From IMG/VR virus record IMGVR_UViG_2848581113_000005, positions 1 to 64,000 of that record: 64,000 nucleotides of DNA; one strand, written 5' to 3'. The position numbers and the translations under genes are program-made. Under the pieces are notes generated by a model that did no database searches, was not told where the DNA came from, and worked only from the letters and a program-made list of their open reading frames with translations. Of the stretch, positions 1-10,000 are shown one piece after another. This DNA is from a virus (Duplodnaviria; Caudoviricetes). How positions within the stretch are numbered: the first letter of the stretch is position 1; every line of letters begins with the position of its first letter.

Positions 1-972
1 CTAAGGGCACTTATCTGTCCTTTCCATCCTCTTTAGGGCAAGCAGTCGCTGTTTGAGTTTTTCCGCTTTACCGGGATGAAACCTGGCCAGCAAATGAACT
101 TGGCCCAGCGTCTGTGCATAAGGGCCGCTGTCGAACACGGTAATCTCTCCCCGCAGGAAGGCCTGTTCTAAGTGATTAACAGCCGAGCGTATCTGGCTTT
201 GCCGGGAAACAGAAAGGCCAGGCTTAGAATTCACCGAAAGCTTGGTAACATCCATCCGCTCACCGGACGTCCTGATCTCATGCTTGGTGCGTTTGGGTCG
301 ATAGCCGTGCCTGAAAAGCATGCCGTAAACGCTGGCAATTACTTCCGTTTTAGCCGAATTATCAAGAAATGTTTCTGACGAGACGGCAATATCATCGACG
401 TAGCGGGAGTAAACTAACCCGCGGGCCTGAAGGCTGGCCTGCAACGCCGGCTCAGCGTTCCAGAATGCCAGGTTGGCCAGAAATGAACTGGTTATTGCCC
501 CCTGAGGCAACTCCCCCTGACGAGTCGTCAGGCGGGTCAGGCAGTCGGCAACGTCCTGCCCGAAGCAAAAAAAATTCCGCCATATGCCGTAAACCACTGC
601 GGCCGACGTTGCCGGAAAGAAGCCCATGATATCTTCGTTTATAACGATGGTCGCGCCGGCGTGCAGGGATGCATTGACCTTGTAGTCACATCCTTTCAGG
701 CTGCCGGTTAGGTAAGACGGATAAGTAACGTAGTCCAGTATGTTGCGTCTGATGCTGCGGTGAATTTTTTTAAGCGGTTCGTAGGCATCCCACGTCTGGC
801 GCACACTGCCGTCAGCCTTAGGAAGATTGCTGGCGAGACGGTACATCCGGTCGGAGCGACAGGCTAGGTTACTAAGCTCTCTGGCAGGGATATTCAGTGC
901 TTTTGCCAGCGACACCAGACTGCTGATGCGTCGTCTGCGGTAGAAGGGGCCGTTAGGCGGGATGTGGTTCAT
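1..972 (-). CDS. Retron-type reverse transcriptase
   Basis: Motifs NASLH (retron NAxxH), LPQGAITS, YSRYVDD and VTKL (VTG-like region Y). Likely ATG at 972 overlaps the HTH gene end; the ORF track extends it to 999. Stop codon at 1-3. Confidence 0.93.
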   Translation of the reverse strand: MNHIPPNGPFYRRRRISSLVSLAKALNIPARELSNLACRSDRMYRLASNLPKADGSVRQTWDAYEPLKKIHRSIRRNILDYVTYPSYLTGSLKGCDYKVNASLHAGATIVINEDIMGFFPATSAAVVYGIWRNFFCFGQDVADCLTRLTTRQGELPQGAITSSFLANLAFWNAEPALQASLQARGLVYSRYVDDIAVSSETFLDNSAKTEVIASVYGMLFRHGYRPKRTKHEIRTSGERMDVTKLSVNSKPGLSVSRQSQIRSAVNHLEQAFLRGEITVFDSGPYAQTLGQVHLLARFHPGKAEKLKQRLLALKRMERTDKCP

Positions 973-1294
973 TGAGCAGCTCCAGCGCGGTGCGCGCAAG
1001 TTCGCCCTGCAGACCTTTATCCATACCGTTGAGGTCGCCGGCTTCGGCAGCGATGAAAAAAATAATGCTGACAGGCACTTTCAACGCGGTGGCTATTTTA
1101 GTAAGCGTGGATAGAGTAGGGTCCCGCTTGTTATTTTCCAGCATGGAAAGGTATGAGACTGAGCATTCGGCCTTGTGTGCAAGATCCGTCTGCGATATTC
1201 CCCTTCTGGTCCGACACAACTTGATAGCCTGTCCGATATTCATAAGTAACCCCTGAATCAATATTGGGCCTGCTGCGTCTTGGCTTTGCTGCAT
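953..1294 (-). CDS. XRE/Cro-CI family HTH protein of the retron
   Basis: IGQAIKLCRTRRGISQTDLA...SYLSMLENNKRDPTLSTLTKIATAL is a typical XRE HTH. Start at 1294 (TAATG overlap with the upstream stop) or at 1243. Confidence 0.88.
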   Translation of the reverse strand: MQQSQDAAGPILIQGLLMNIGQAIKLCRTRRGISQTDLAHKAECSVSYLSMLENNKRDPTLSTLTKIATALKVPVSIIFFIAAEAGDLNGMDKGLQGELARTALELLNEPHPA

Positions 1295-1533
1295 TACTTC
1301 ATCCAGTCAGTAATATTTGTGACGAGACGTAATACAATGTCGATAATGCGCAGAGCCCGGAAGACAATATCGTCAGACCGGTTCCCGCTTTTTACCGGGC
1401 TGTCCTGATGGCTGCGTAGCTGTTGCAGCACATCGTCCAGCTCAGCCAGAGCGCCAGCATCGAGTTGGCTGCAGTGTGCATCGCGCAGCTTTTCTAGCGT
1501 TGCGATGGTGTTCTTTAAAGTGTCATGTTTCAT
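1294..1533 (-). CDS. 79-aa small protein, putative retron effector/toxin
   Basis: AAAGGAG RBS then ATG at 1533 (MKHDTLKN...). Helical with a hydrophobic C-terminus. Occupies the small-protein position of type VI retrons. Confidence 0.72.
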   Translation of the reverse strand: MKHDTLKNTIATLEKLRDAHCSQLDAGALAELDDVLQQLRSHQDSPVKSGNRSDDIVFRALRIIDIVLRLVTNITDWMK

Positions 1534-1844
1534 TCTGTTCTCCTTTGAATCGGCAAAACCGCCGAAGCCCCGTAACAAGGCGATGGCCGAAAGGAGCCAA
1601 CCCGATGCGCAAGCCCAACACCAGTCTTCGCGACGATGAAGCCCGTTAATCCAGATAGTACAGCTGCTCCGTAGCCGCTTATTGCGATCGGCCACATGCA
1701 GACCATCATGACGAACGTACTTCTGACTGACCTGTGACGCTGGTCTGTCTTTTTCTCCGACACCGGATGAAGGAGCGGCCTGATAAACAGGCAGTTACGC
1801 TAAGCCTTCGCTATTACGATGAGAACAAGAATTTTAAAGAACAC
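1508..1844 (-). ncRNA. Retron msr/msd-like ncRNA overlapping the small-protein start
   Basis: 12-bp inverted repeat 1833-1844/1508-1519 and inner 7-bp pair 1821-1827/1536-1542. Internal hairpins include GCCTG/CAGGC, TCCG/CGGA, CAGACCA/TGGTCTG and GTGGCCG/CGGCTAC. Confidence 0.75.
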
Positions 1845-1894
1845 GGCTCAGGCGGTACGCCTGACCTTCAGTAAGTAAAGCATAATCTTGGACA

Positions 1895-1937
1895 GTAGGC
1901 AATAAAATTTCACTGTCAGTGAAATTTTATTGCCTAC
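1895..1937. repeat. Perfect 21-bp inverted repeat with 1-nt spacer
   Basis: GTAGGCAATAAAATTTCACTG-T-CAGTGAAATTTTATTGCCTAC. Confidence 0.95.
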
Positions 1938-2033
1938 CTCAGTCAGCGTTGCGCTTCTGACACAAAGCAGACTATCAGACTCAGTTTTGCTCAGATCAGC
2001 AACAGTCTCAGATCGAGTGATAGCTAATACCAA

Positions 2034-4673
2034 TTACCGTATACACCACTGAATATCCTTCAGAATGTCATCCAGCCTCTCAATGGCCTGTGCGATTTCC
2101 GCAATAGCCTGCTTATGACGCTCATCGGATCTGGCCTGCTCATTAAGTTGTTCCTGTAAGCGCCGCCCAGTCTCTGCGTCCAGAAAATGCGCCTGACTGG
2201 CTTCCACTATCCAGCTGTTATCATTAGACGCGGTGCCGCTGACCCATGATGTCCACTCTGAGGCGTTGCCCGATTTATCCACCAGCCGTGCCCGAAAATA
2301 GAGCTTCTCCCCAGCCGCCAGCCCCTGCAAAGTGTGGGTTCGTTGCGGATAGGAAATATCGGCGAACTGCAGCGTGTCATCATCCTCTCCGTTTTTGTTG
2401 TAGCAAATTTCCGTTTTCAGCAGGACATCCGTCGGGTTGGCAAAATCCCAGTCCAGCCGGATACCAAAAAGTAGCGACGTGGTTCGGAGGGACTGCGGTG
2501 CCGACGGAACCTCTTTTCGGCTTCCTAGCAGGGTATCCTGCGTGTTCATCCAGATACTGGATATTGCCGCTGCATTCGTCGCCCTGACCCGCGCCTGATA
2601 GCGTCCGTCATCGACGTTCGGCACCTCAAGACTCCGTGCGGTAGTCTGGGGAGCCGTTATCCAGTTGCCGTTGTCTTTGCGCCATTCAACTTCATAAGCC
2701 ACGGCACTGTCGGCGGCGTCCCATGTGATCCGCAATGTGGTGGAGATGATGCCCTGATTAAGCGAATAATAACTGTCGATAAGGATATTCTTCGGTGCAG
2801 GCTGAACGCTGGGCGGAATGATGGTAACAGAGCGTTCGTCAATACGGGTATCCTTGTCGATAAGAGCATACTTGTCGGGGTTGTGCTCAACCGCCGTGAT
2901 GTCAAATGATACGCCGTCCTCTCCCGCTTTGATACCAATAACCCGAAAGGGTTTCTCCGCTATATAGCTGGATTCGATTGCCCAGACTGAGCCCACTTCA
3001 GGTTCATCTGAATAGGCATAACCACGATCCCACACGGAAACCTCCTGTCCGTTGATCGCTGAAATGAGATCCCTTTCTGCCTTACCTGACGGCAGGTTGA
3101 TGACAAGCCAATCCCCCACCTTTGCCGACGGCACCCGATCCAAGGTAATAATGTATCGTCTCGGCATAGCCTGGATACGCCCACTCCTTCCTGACCCTGA
3201 CAACAGGTTATCCGATACACCGATAAGGTAACCCGGCAGGGGAATGTGTCCCTCCAGTCCGACGATGAAAGTGACAGTCCGGTCATGTTCGTTGGTGTGT
3301 AACACCCATTTACCACGCCGGATGGCTTCACTCTGGCGGGTACAACCGATGGCAGTGATATCGGCCTGCCGGATACCATAGCGGCGTATCAGGCGAGGTT
3401 CAAACACCGGTTCGATAGCATCCTGATAACCATTCTGCGGATCGGACCAGCTTACCATGGCTGTAGAGTAATGGGTTTTCTCGCTGGCACTGGAATAGGT
3501 GAATTTACCGTCACGCACATTGGCACAGGTAAAGAGATAATCCATGTCACGGGGCATGTCCGCCAGCACGTTCATGTTGTTATTAGACCAAAAAGTCATG
3601 CCCCGGAAGATCCCCGCAATGTCACGCAACACAGCCCAGGCGTCTTCCTGTGACTGGATATAAACATTGCAGGTGAAACGCGGCTCTCCATGGCCTTCGC
3701 CATCCAACACAGTCTGATCACAATATTGAGCGATGCTATACAGATCCCATTTTGCCAAAGCCAGATTTTCCGCTTTCACCCGGGTGCCGATGCTGAACCG
3801 ATCATTGATCATCAGGTCATACAGCACCCATGCCGGATTGTCGCTCCATGCCCATTTGAAGGTGCCGTCCCAGCTGCCATGATAAAAACGGCGACGGGGT
3901 TCCAGATAATAATTACTCGGCACTCGGATGATGCGCATCTTGGGTTCGCAAGTGATTTGCGGGATATTACGGAACTGTTTGGCATCAAACTGAACAAACA
4001 ACAGGGCCGTTTCTGGATAGCTTAATTTGGCATCGATCACTTCGGTGATGGCCTCCACCACCATGGCATCAGCGATTCGGTTACTGTTCTGTTTTGGCGT
4101 CAACCGACGAAGGCGTACCTGCCAGCCCGAATGGGCGTTGGGTAAATCCACCCGGTGGGAACGTTCGTATTTAGTGGTGGTTTTGCCATCAACGGCAGTT
4201 TTCAGGATTTCCTTAAAAGCGCCGCCATCGGTGGCGAGGTCAATAGCATATTCAATACGATAGCCCACCGTGTCCCCGTTCTCTTTTTGTCTCTGCAACT
4301 GGGCCCACGATAACCGTAGGCGAACCGCTGACAGTTGGGTATTGGTGACCGTCGTTACCCACGAACTGACCAGTTCGGCGCTGACGATGCGGGCATTTTC
4401 GACTGCCGGCATCCCGGGGATATACGCCTGATGGGGAGTACCGGGGCGGAACTCCCATTTGACTCCTTCAAAATTGGGTCGGCCGTGGATGTCACTCAAT
4501 GGCGTGTTATCCAAAAAAATACGCTGACCATCCAGCTCTCCCGCAAATTCCCCTTCACCGAGAGCAAGGATGATCTTGGTATAAGAGGTGGATTGCAGGG
4601 AGTCCGGTGCTTCCACCGGGGTGCGCGGATGCTGACGGCCGCCTTTGTTACCCTGAATTGACTGCTTTTCCAT
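2034..4673 (-). CDS. Tail tip/host-specificity protein J-like, C-terminally shortened
   Basis: Colinear with the J at 33075-36230 up to about GRRL, then ends after about 40 unrelated residues. Confidence 0.88.
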   Translation of the reverse strand: MEKQSIQGNKGGRQHPRTPVEAPDSLQSTSYTKIILALGEGEFAGELDGQRIFLDNTPLSDIHGRPNFEGVKWEFRPGTPHQAYIPGMPAVENARIVSAELVSSWVTTVTNTQLSAVRLRLSWAQLQRQKENGDTVGYRIEYAIDLATDGGAFKEILKTAVDGKTTTKYERSHRVDLPNAHSGWQVRLRRLTPKQNSNRIADAMVVEAITEVIDAKLSYPETALLFVQFDAKQFRNIPQITCEPKMRIIRVPSNYYLEPRRRFYHGSWDGTFKWAWSDNPAWVLYDLMINDRFSIGTRVKAENLALAKWDLYSIAQYCDQTVLDGEGHGEPRFTCNVYIQSQEDAWAVLRDIAGIFRGMTFWSNNNMNVLADMPRDMDYLFTCANVRDGKFTYSSASEKTHYSTAMVSWSDPQNGYQDAIEPVFEPRLIRRYGIRQADITAIGCTRQSEAIRRGKWVLHTNEHDRTVTFIVGLEGHIPLPGYLIGVSDNLLSGSGRSGRIQAMPRRYIITLDRVPSAKVGDWLVINLPSGKAERDLISAINGQEVSVWDRGYAYSDEPEVGSVWAIESSYIAEKPFRVIGIKAGEDGVSFDITAVEHNPDKYALIDKDTRIDERSVTIIPPSVQPAPKNILIDSYYSLNQGIISTTLRITWDAADSAVAYEVEWRKDNGNWITAPQTTARSLEVPNVDDGRYQARVRATNAAAISSIWMNTQDTLLGSRKEVPSAPQSLRTTSLLFGIRLDWDFANPTDVLLKTEICYNKNGEDDDTLQFADISYPQRTHTLQGLAAGEKLYFRARLVDKSGNASEWTSWVSGTASNDNSWIVEASQAHFLDAETGRRLQEQLNEQARSDERHKQAIAEIAQAIERLDDILKDIQWCIR

Positions 4674-4690
4674 ATTTCATTCTCAGAACG

Positions 4691-5266
4691 TTATTGTTGG
4701 TCTTCCGCGTAGATACCCGCTGAAATGATGGCGCCACCAATACGGCGTCTGCCGTAGCCGATGGGCACAGGATTACCCTGTGCCACGGTGTTCACCGGAC
4801 CACCGAAAGCGTAGGACGGTTTGTTGTCGGGATCTTCGCGTCGTGCCAGTCCGCCCGGCATCGGAGAGAGCATCTGCACCACGCCGCCCAGCATCATGCC
4901 AACCCCGGACATGACCATAGGTGCGCCAAACGGAGTTGCCCATAAAAACGCACCGGCAACTACCATTACCGCTCCCAGAATGGTCTGAAAAATACCGGCG
5001 TTTTTGCTGCCGATAATCATCGGGGCAATGCGGATATTGTCTTCGACGGGAAAAGTCAGTTCGTCACGCTGGAGATTACGCTTACCATTGAACACAGCAA
5101 AGGTGAGTCCGCGCTCTTTTGCCGTCAACAGAAAGCGTTCAAAGCCGTCAATCAGGACAGACAGCGCCCGGATCGCTTCCTGCGGGGTAGAGACAGCCAG
5201 TTTATGTACCCGCCCGAAGCGGGCGCCGAGTACGCCGTATAACCGGATGGTTCTGAGTGTATTCAT
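4691..5266 (-). CDS. Tail assembly protein I-like
   Basis: IRLYGVLGARFGR...GNPVPIGYGRRRIGGAIISAG; likely ATG at 5266. Confidence 0.9.
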   Translation of the reverse strand: MNTLRTIRLYGVLGARFGRVHKLAVSTPQEAIRALSVLIDGFERFLLTAKERGLTFAVFNGKRNLQRDELTFPVEDNIRIAPMIIGSKNAGIFQTILGAVMVVAGAFLWATPFGAPMVMSGVGMMLGGVVQMLSPMPGGLARREDPDNKPSYAFGGPVNTVAQGNPVPIGYGRRRIGGAIISAGIYAEDQQ

Positions 5267-5270
5267 GAGG

Positions 5271-6011
5271 TTACTCCGATAAAAAAACCGCTGATACGGG
5301 AATGTGGTGATGGCGCAAAGTGATAATGGTGCGTTCCTGCCAATAGCCATGATAGGGTTCTCGCTTGCTGAGCTGCCCGTACAGATGGTGCAACATCAGA
5401 CCGTCACCCAGATAAACACTGGCATGATTGGGTTCATTAGCCTGTACCTGCATAATGATCACATCCCCTGCCTGTAATTCACCGCGACACGCGACAAATC
5501 CGGCAGCGGCATAGTGTTCCATATACAGATTTTCTCCCCGATCCCACCAGCTATCGGTGCGTTCAAAATCAGGGAGTTCAATAGTCCATTCCAGCCTGTA
5601 CCAATCACGCACGATGGCATAACAATCCCAAATACCGTGCACAAACGGGCGGCCAATTAATGGCTTAATACCTTCCATTGGCATCAGGGTACGGATATCC
5701 CCTTCCGGCCACGAAACAATCACCCATGGCGTTTGTGACCAGTCACACTGTGCGATATCCAACTGGCTCGGTTGCGTTGTCGCGTCGGGATGGCTGTGGA
5801 CAATGGCAACAATTGAACCTTTGTCTTCGGCAGCAGAATAATCCTCTGGGTGAATACGGAACTGTTCAGTGGGTGACGGTGCGGTGTTGCGACAAGGAAG
5901 ATAGCGCTGTCGGCGGTGTTGTTGAATAATCAGCCCGCAACATTCATTCGGGTAAGTGGCTTGAGCATGGGCCATGATGGCGCGGGCTGTGTATTTTCTC
6001 AGTATCGTCAT
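5271..6011 (-). CDS. Tail assembly protein K-like (JAB + NlpC/P60)
   Basis: ECCG, HSHPD, DCY and NHAxxY motifs; synteny. Confidence 0.9.
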   Translation of the reverse strand: MTILRKYTARAIMAHAQATYPNECCGLIIQQHRRQRYLPCRNTAPSPTEQFRIHPEDYSAAEDKGSIVAIVHSHPDATTQPSQLDIAQCDWSQTPWVIVSWPEGDIRTLMPMEGIKPLIGRPFVHGIWDCYAIVRDWYRLEWTIELPDFERTDSWWDRGENLYMEHYAAAGFVACRGELQAGDVIIMQVQANEPNHASVYLGDGLMLHHLYGQLSKREPYHGYWQERTIITLRHHHIPVSAVFLSE

Positions 6012-6013
6012 GG

Positions 6014-6754
6014 TTACCGCCTCAGCAGTGCCGAGCCAGGAAAACCACCAAAGGGTAATTGTTTCATGTCACCAAAGCGTTTTTTACAATCGCTCATGAG
6101 TCCCCCGCAGGCATCAGCCGCCGGATCATCAGTCGGCTTACCTCTTTCAGTAAAATATCGGGTGCCGGTATAGCCACACGGTGATTGGCGGTACTGTCCG
6201 CGAATGCACCATGTACACAGGCTGTGAATTTGCCGGGTCGGGATTTTAATCCCCTGTAAATCGGCTGGGGAAGAGAGGGAAAACTGGACGCTTTCATTAT
6301 CCTCCTGAGTTTTGCTGTCGATGTAGAAAACATCGATTTTTTCCTGTGTCGGATCGGCTTGCGGGTTTCCGTCGGGGAAATTGCGGGCATCCAGATAATG
6401 CGCAAAGGTCATGCGGATCGTGACACGCGCTTGCACCATGTTCTGATAAGCCAGACATAATGCACTGAGCGTGCCGTCCAGATTAGCCACATTGAGGGTA
6501 GGTGTTACCGCCCGCCCATCGCTGGTGACTTCCAGCCCTTCGATGCTGACGGGCCACGGTTTGTATTCGACACCTTGCCACCAGAGGGATTTCACCGGTA
6601 AATTCCCGGTACTTTCCAGCTCTGCGGCAGTATAGGGGATCGGGTGGTTGTGAAAATACAATACCGGCCCATCAAATGCTGAGCCATCGACCGCAAATAA
6701 TAAGATCTTACTCCCCGGCTCAAGCCGCTGAAGTGTCGTATTGATGGTCATCAT
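6014..6754 (-). CDS. Minor tail protein L-like
   Basis: C-terminal Cys cluster CTW...CGY...CG...C and FGGFPG. Confidence 0.9.
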   Translation of the reverse strand: MMTINTTLQRLEPGSKILLFAVDGSAFDGPVLYFHNHPIPYTAAELESTGNLPVKSLWWQGVEYKPWPVSIEGLEVTSDGRAVTPTLNVANLDGTLSALCLAYQNMVQARVTIRMTFAHYLDARNFPDGNPQADPTQEKIDVFYIDSKTQEDNESVQFSLSSPADLQGIKIPTRQIHSLCTWCIRGQYRQSPCGYTGTRYFTERGKPTDDPAADACGGLMSDCKKRFGDMKQLPFGGFPGSALLRR

Positions 6755-6762
6755 GAAATCTC

Positions 6763-7098
6763 TTACGGGTGGTAGATACGGGTGAAGGTCACGGAGAGCG
6801 TGAAATAAGCGCCATTGGCTTGAATAGTGAATTTTCCTGCCTGATACAATCCCAGCTCAGATAACGGATTACGCCATTTGAATGAGCGCCTGCCCTGATG
6901 CTCACGCAGAAAAACCATAATAGGCTGTATGTCAGACAGTGCTCCGACAAAAGACAACGGCCAGCTTTCGCGCTGCGCGTTGATCCCATCGCCTGACGTT
7001 TGTTTATAACCATCGCCAAACTGGACAGAACGTACAATCGGTTCAAACTCCCCGGCAGCCCCCACCCTTGCAGGGAAATCAAAAGTTTTTATCATCAT
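6763..7098 (-). CDS. Minor tail protein M-like
   Basis: FGDGYKQ...GIN motif; follows the tape measure gene. Confidence 0.88.
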   Translation of the reverse strand: MMIKTFDFPARVGAAGEFEPIVRSVQFGDGYKQTSGDGINAQRESWPLSFVGALSDIQPIMVFLREHQGRRSFKWRNPLSELGLYQAGKFTIQANGAYFTLSVTFTRIYHP

Positions 7099-10000
7099 CG
7101 GCCTCCTTTAATCGCAACACTGAGTTCACCCCCTTGATTTAAACTTTTATGTAGCAAAAATTTGAATCGCTGATCGACGAATTTCGCAATATCCTGCCCC
7201 GCTGACTCGGCTCCACGGGATGTTTTTGTGTCGTGAGTACCATCGGAATGGACCACAATATGGACGGTGTTATGAACCGTATTGAAGGTCTGGTTGCCCG
7301 TACTGCCAGTAGTCTGCACACCCAGCTTACCGTCAGTACCGCGTTTAAGTGGCAATATAGCTTCTGGTCCAGCTTCTCCCATCACCCCGCCCCCTTTGGC
7401 AAACTTAAACAAGGTTGGGCTGCTGACAACCTGCCCGCTGTACTGACTTAAATCCGCAGATTGATAAACACCGCCTTTCGCATTCATGATGGGACTCTTC
7501 CAGACATCCGGACCTATCGTTGTGCCAGAACCTACCGAAGACAGACCACCTCCCGCTGAGGACAATGCACTGGCTCCCATACTTCCCATCGCACCACCAA
7601 AGAAACCGGAGATTGCTTTGGTTATCAGTGCCTGCATTGCTATACGTACCAAGTCCTGAATGATGGATTGCGCCAGTGAGGCCGAGAGTTCCCGCATGGA
7701 TTCTGAAAATGATTTTGTGCCCGTCAACATGCCTGTTAAGGCGTTACCCGTGCGTTGTTCGACCACATCCAACAGCTCCATCTGTATTTTCTGGAAATCC
7801 CCCTGTGATACGTATAAATCCTTTGCAGCAGCAAATTGTGCCTCTTTGGAGCGATTAGCAGCCGCTGTCATTAACTGCTCATAACGTTCTTTGTTGAGAA
7901 GTCCGTTCCGGTAGTAGGTGTCATAAAGTGCTGTTTGTTCTGTAAGCTGATTTTGCAGTTGCACAACGGGATCGACCTCGCCCATCATATCCAGACGCGG
8001 GGCGGAAATTTGCTTCGCCTGTTCAGCTAATTTATCCTTTACCGAGGTTTGATATAACGTTCTGCTGGCAGATAAATATTCCTGCTCACTGAGCAACCGT
8101 TCGATGTACAGGGCTTTCAGCTCTTCACTGGCTTCTTTTTCCTGTCGAATCAGCGCCTTCGCCGGCGCATATTTTTCTGCCAGTGCCAGCCGCTGTTTCT
8201 GGTGATTTTCGGCATTAAAGGCTGTTAAACGTTGAATTTCCTGTTGAGAAACTAAACCGGATTGACCCACTTCATCCAGCTTTCGCTGGACTTCCTGTTC
8301 ACTCAGGATGATGCGCCCCAAACTTGTCGTGTGCACCGTTTCAAGATCAAGACGCAACTGACGATACTGGTTCAAAATTTGAGTGATTTTTCCTTTCTTA
8401 TCATCACCGTTCCCTGTCCACGGATTACCCGTACTGCCGCCACCTTGATTATTAGATAGGGGTTTGGGTTTTTCACCGGCTTCTAGCGCTTTCAATGCAG
8501 CCTGAGATTCTTCAAGCTGCTTCTTATGAAATTCCATTTTTTTGAGCGCTTTTTCGTATTCCGCCTCTGCGTGTATCACTTCTTCTTGCGCTTTCTTTTT
8601 GTTTGCCCACAGACCGCCAAATCCAACACCGGAAACAATATTTTTCTTACCCTGCAAATCAAGCCATATTTTGGCGGTTTCCTTTTTTTGCACATTCAGT
8701 GCATCTCGGTATTTCAGAATCCTAGAGGACAGTTCAATCTTTGAAAGCTGCATCAACGCATTTTTTGTCTCGAGCACAGCATCCTTTAAATTAGTTGCAC
8801 TTGCGCGAGCTTCTTGTGCCCGTTGATGGAAATAATAGAGAGCAGAACCTGCCAACATCGCGGCACCAAATGGCCCGCCAATCATGGCAAGTGCGCCACG
8901 GGCAAATCCCCCAGCGGCAGATAATGCCCGATAGGAATAAGAAAACCGACGATTTGCCGCTTCAAGTTGACTGGTTGCCTGTGTTTGCAATTTGAGGGCT
9001 TCGGTTTCTTGCCTGATCAGGGTTCTTTTTTCTTTCGAGTAATTGACGAAAAGACCGTGCAAACGATTTGTTCTTTCCAGATATTGAATATGCCTGCCCT
9101 GTGCTTCCGTTGATCGCAGCGTGGCATTGGCCTGTTCAATCGTTCGTTTTGCCGTTTCTGCCTGCTGTCTGGCAACATTACGAGCCGCTTTTTCGGTGGC
9201 TTTCCATGCCGTCATATTTTCACGCAAGCCCGCTGTCAGCTTCGTTGCCATTACAGGAATTAACGTATGCAATGCAATACTGGCAACCAGACTAAAATTT
9301 TCGGACAACGCATTAATCGCACTGGTGGCATTTTGCACCCCAGTACGCAATGGGCCGTCGGCGCTCTGTCCAATTTTAACCGCCATACCTTCAAACGCAC
9401 GGGTCAGCACATCCAGATCAGCCCCGAGGTTATTGGCACGCGCACTGGCCTGTTCATAAGCGACCTGCGTTCCGGTCAGGGCTTGAGTCAACTGCTCCAG
9501 TTTTTCCCGCCCGGTGACTAAGTTAGACGCCGCGCTGACATTCGCCCGCCCGAATAATTTCACCGCCTGTGCGGTTGAAAGTTTTTTGCCCGTCAGGGTT
9601 TCCAGTGCCGACGATAGCCCTACGACCGAGGGTTTCAGATTCTTGTCTGCCGAACGCTCCAGCGCCAGTATCACGTTACGCATGGCAGTGCCTGCCTCGC
9701 CGCCTTTAATGCCGCGTTCCGCCAGTATCTGGATAGCTGCGCCTAACTCTTCAAAGCTGACCCCTGCCAGTGCCGCTGCGGTACCGCCATTTTTAATGGC
9801 CTGCGCCGTTTCGTTAATTTCGGACGCACCGTATTTCGCCCCCGCCGCCAGTACGTTAATAAAGCGGTCAGCCTGTTCTGCACTGGCACCGAACTGATTA
9901 AGCGATAACGCCAAGGCACGGGTCGCATCTGGTAAATCAATACCGGACGCCTGCGCCAGTATTACCGCTTTTTCGGTTGCCAGCGTCAGTGCCTCGGTAC

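Noticed and set aside
1-972. RT as a diversity-generating retroelement or group II intron
   Set aside because: It has the retron NAxxH and VTG-like motifs; I saw no template/variable repeat pair, avd gene or maturase domain.
1534-1695. 133-aa version of the small protein, and the overlapping ORF 1530-1763
   Set aside because: The strong RBS lies before ATG 1533; the upstream region is better explained as structured RNA.
1895-1937. Palindrome as a protelomerase (telRL-like) site
   Set aside because: No protelomerase gene is in the window and the element appears tRNA-integrated; kept only as an unexplained palindrome.
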